From an uncultured Acidimicrobiia bacterium (GTDB taxonomy: Bacteria; Actinomycetota; Acidimicrobiia; Acidimicrobiales; Ilumatobacteraceae): a DNA stretch of 64,000 nucleotides. The position numbers and the translations under genes are program-made. Location: the NCBI GenBank assembly GCA_963836545.1, contig CAWIKD010000005.1, positions 55,186 to 119,185 on the forward strand, in the 5' to 3' direction. How positions within the stretch are numbered: the first letter of the stretch is position 1; each line of letters begins with the position of its first letter. Under the pieces are notes generated by a model that saw only the letters and a program-made list of their open reading frames with translations, had not been told where the DNA came from and searched no databases. Positions 63,546 to 64,000 of this stretch are shown here, piece by piece.

Positions 63546-63657
63546 CCCATCAACATACGAGAAAGTTGCTCGCCCGATAGGTCACGTCAGGGCTGTGAAG
63601 CACTCCATAACCGCCAACGGGTTTCAAAAACCTGTCATAGGTCCGTACGATTTGACC

Positions 63658-64000
63658 ATGACGATCTGTCGAGACCGCTGGACGCATGATGTCATGTTTC
63701 CCTGTCTGGACGAGGAATCCGCACTGCCGTCGGGTACTGCGCCGAATGCCTTCAGACTTCTCCAGGCGATCGTTGTCGACAACGGGTCTACGGATGATTC
63801 CGTGGCCGTTGCCTTGGCCCACGGCGCCACCGTGGTCCATGCAACCCAGCGTCGTTTCGGTTCGGCCTGTCACGCGGCCTGCTCGCGCGACGGCCGACGT
63901 CGTGTGCTTCATGGACGCGGACGCCTCACTGGACCCACAGCAGCTGTCACGTTTCGCCAGCCCTGGGTCCAAGGCCGTCATGACCTGGTGCTCGGTCGTC
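63658..64000 (+). CDS. GT2-family glycosyltransferase (polyprenol-phosphate mannose/glucose synthase-like), 5' part; runs off the window; frame change near 63870-63890
   Basis: ..LQAIVVDNGSTDDSVAVALAHGATVVHATQRRFGSA.. in one frame and the DxD region ..ADVVCFMDADASLDPQQL.. in the next frame. Confidence 0.6.
   Translation, partial: MTICRDRWTHDVMFPCLDEESALPSGTAPNAFRLLQAIVVDNGSTDDSVAVALAHGATVVHATQRRFGSACHAACSRDGRRRVLHGRGRLTGPTAAVTFRQPWVQGRHDLVLGR

Overview
This is a high-GC (~70%) actinobacterial chromosomal window, mostly core genome with some accessory content. It has F420-related genes (cofE, an LLM-class oxidoreductase, a PPOX-class protein) and mycobacteria-like synteny around pmm, sahH, the ComF-like gene and secA. 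Main content: a CPBP protease 3' fragment, a ~965 aa polytopic membrane protein, phosphomannomutase, a Trm112-like protein, ahcY, a secreted Thr/Pro-linker protein, divergent DAGK-like lipid kinase and P450 genes, a ComF-like gene, secA, prfB, two CaiB-type CoA transferases, ftsE and ftsX, an O-methyltransferase, trHbO, a decayed HNH/DUF222 element, an ABC exporter pair, an ACAD, an FTR1 iron permease, menB, cofE, a Pat-like GNAT/ACS acetyltransferase, and several small-molecule-metabolism genes. These include a TetR-controlled Baeyer-Villiger monooxygenase (BVMO) and beta-lactamase-family hydrolase, a TetR plus GT1 glycosyltransferase pair, a third CoA transferase, and tandem translationally coupled amidohydrolase-2 paralogues. 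Further on are a hypothetical plus flotillin/SPFH operon convergent with a ~1000 aa STAND-like ATPase and methyltransferase, an enoyl-CoA hydratase, an unannotated tatA, an iron-siderophore-type ABC lipoprotein, an M23 peptidase, an MBL hydrolase and ybaK. The last ~3.5 kb is lower in GC and is gene wreckage: nucleotidyltransferase fragments, membrane-protein remnants and a frameshifted GT2 at the window edge. Most worth a second look: (1) a 665-bp non-coding intergenic region (40549-41213) with an imperfectly duplicated ~60-140 nt module showing helix-preserving compensatory changes, a candidate structured RNA; (2) a family of long GC palindromes, a 44-bp perfect one at 34265-34308 and a 53-bp near-perfect one at 38033-38085; (3) the uncharacterised flotillin/STAND locus. 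About 14 genes, essential ones included, carry single-base frame disruptions, which points to indel sequencing errors rather than biology; the one exception may be the decayed 3' end. No rRNA, tRNA, tmRNA or CRISPR array was recognised.
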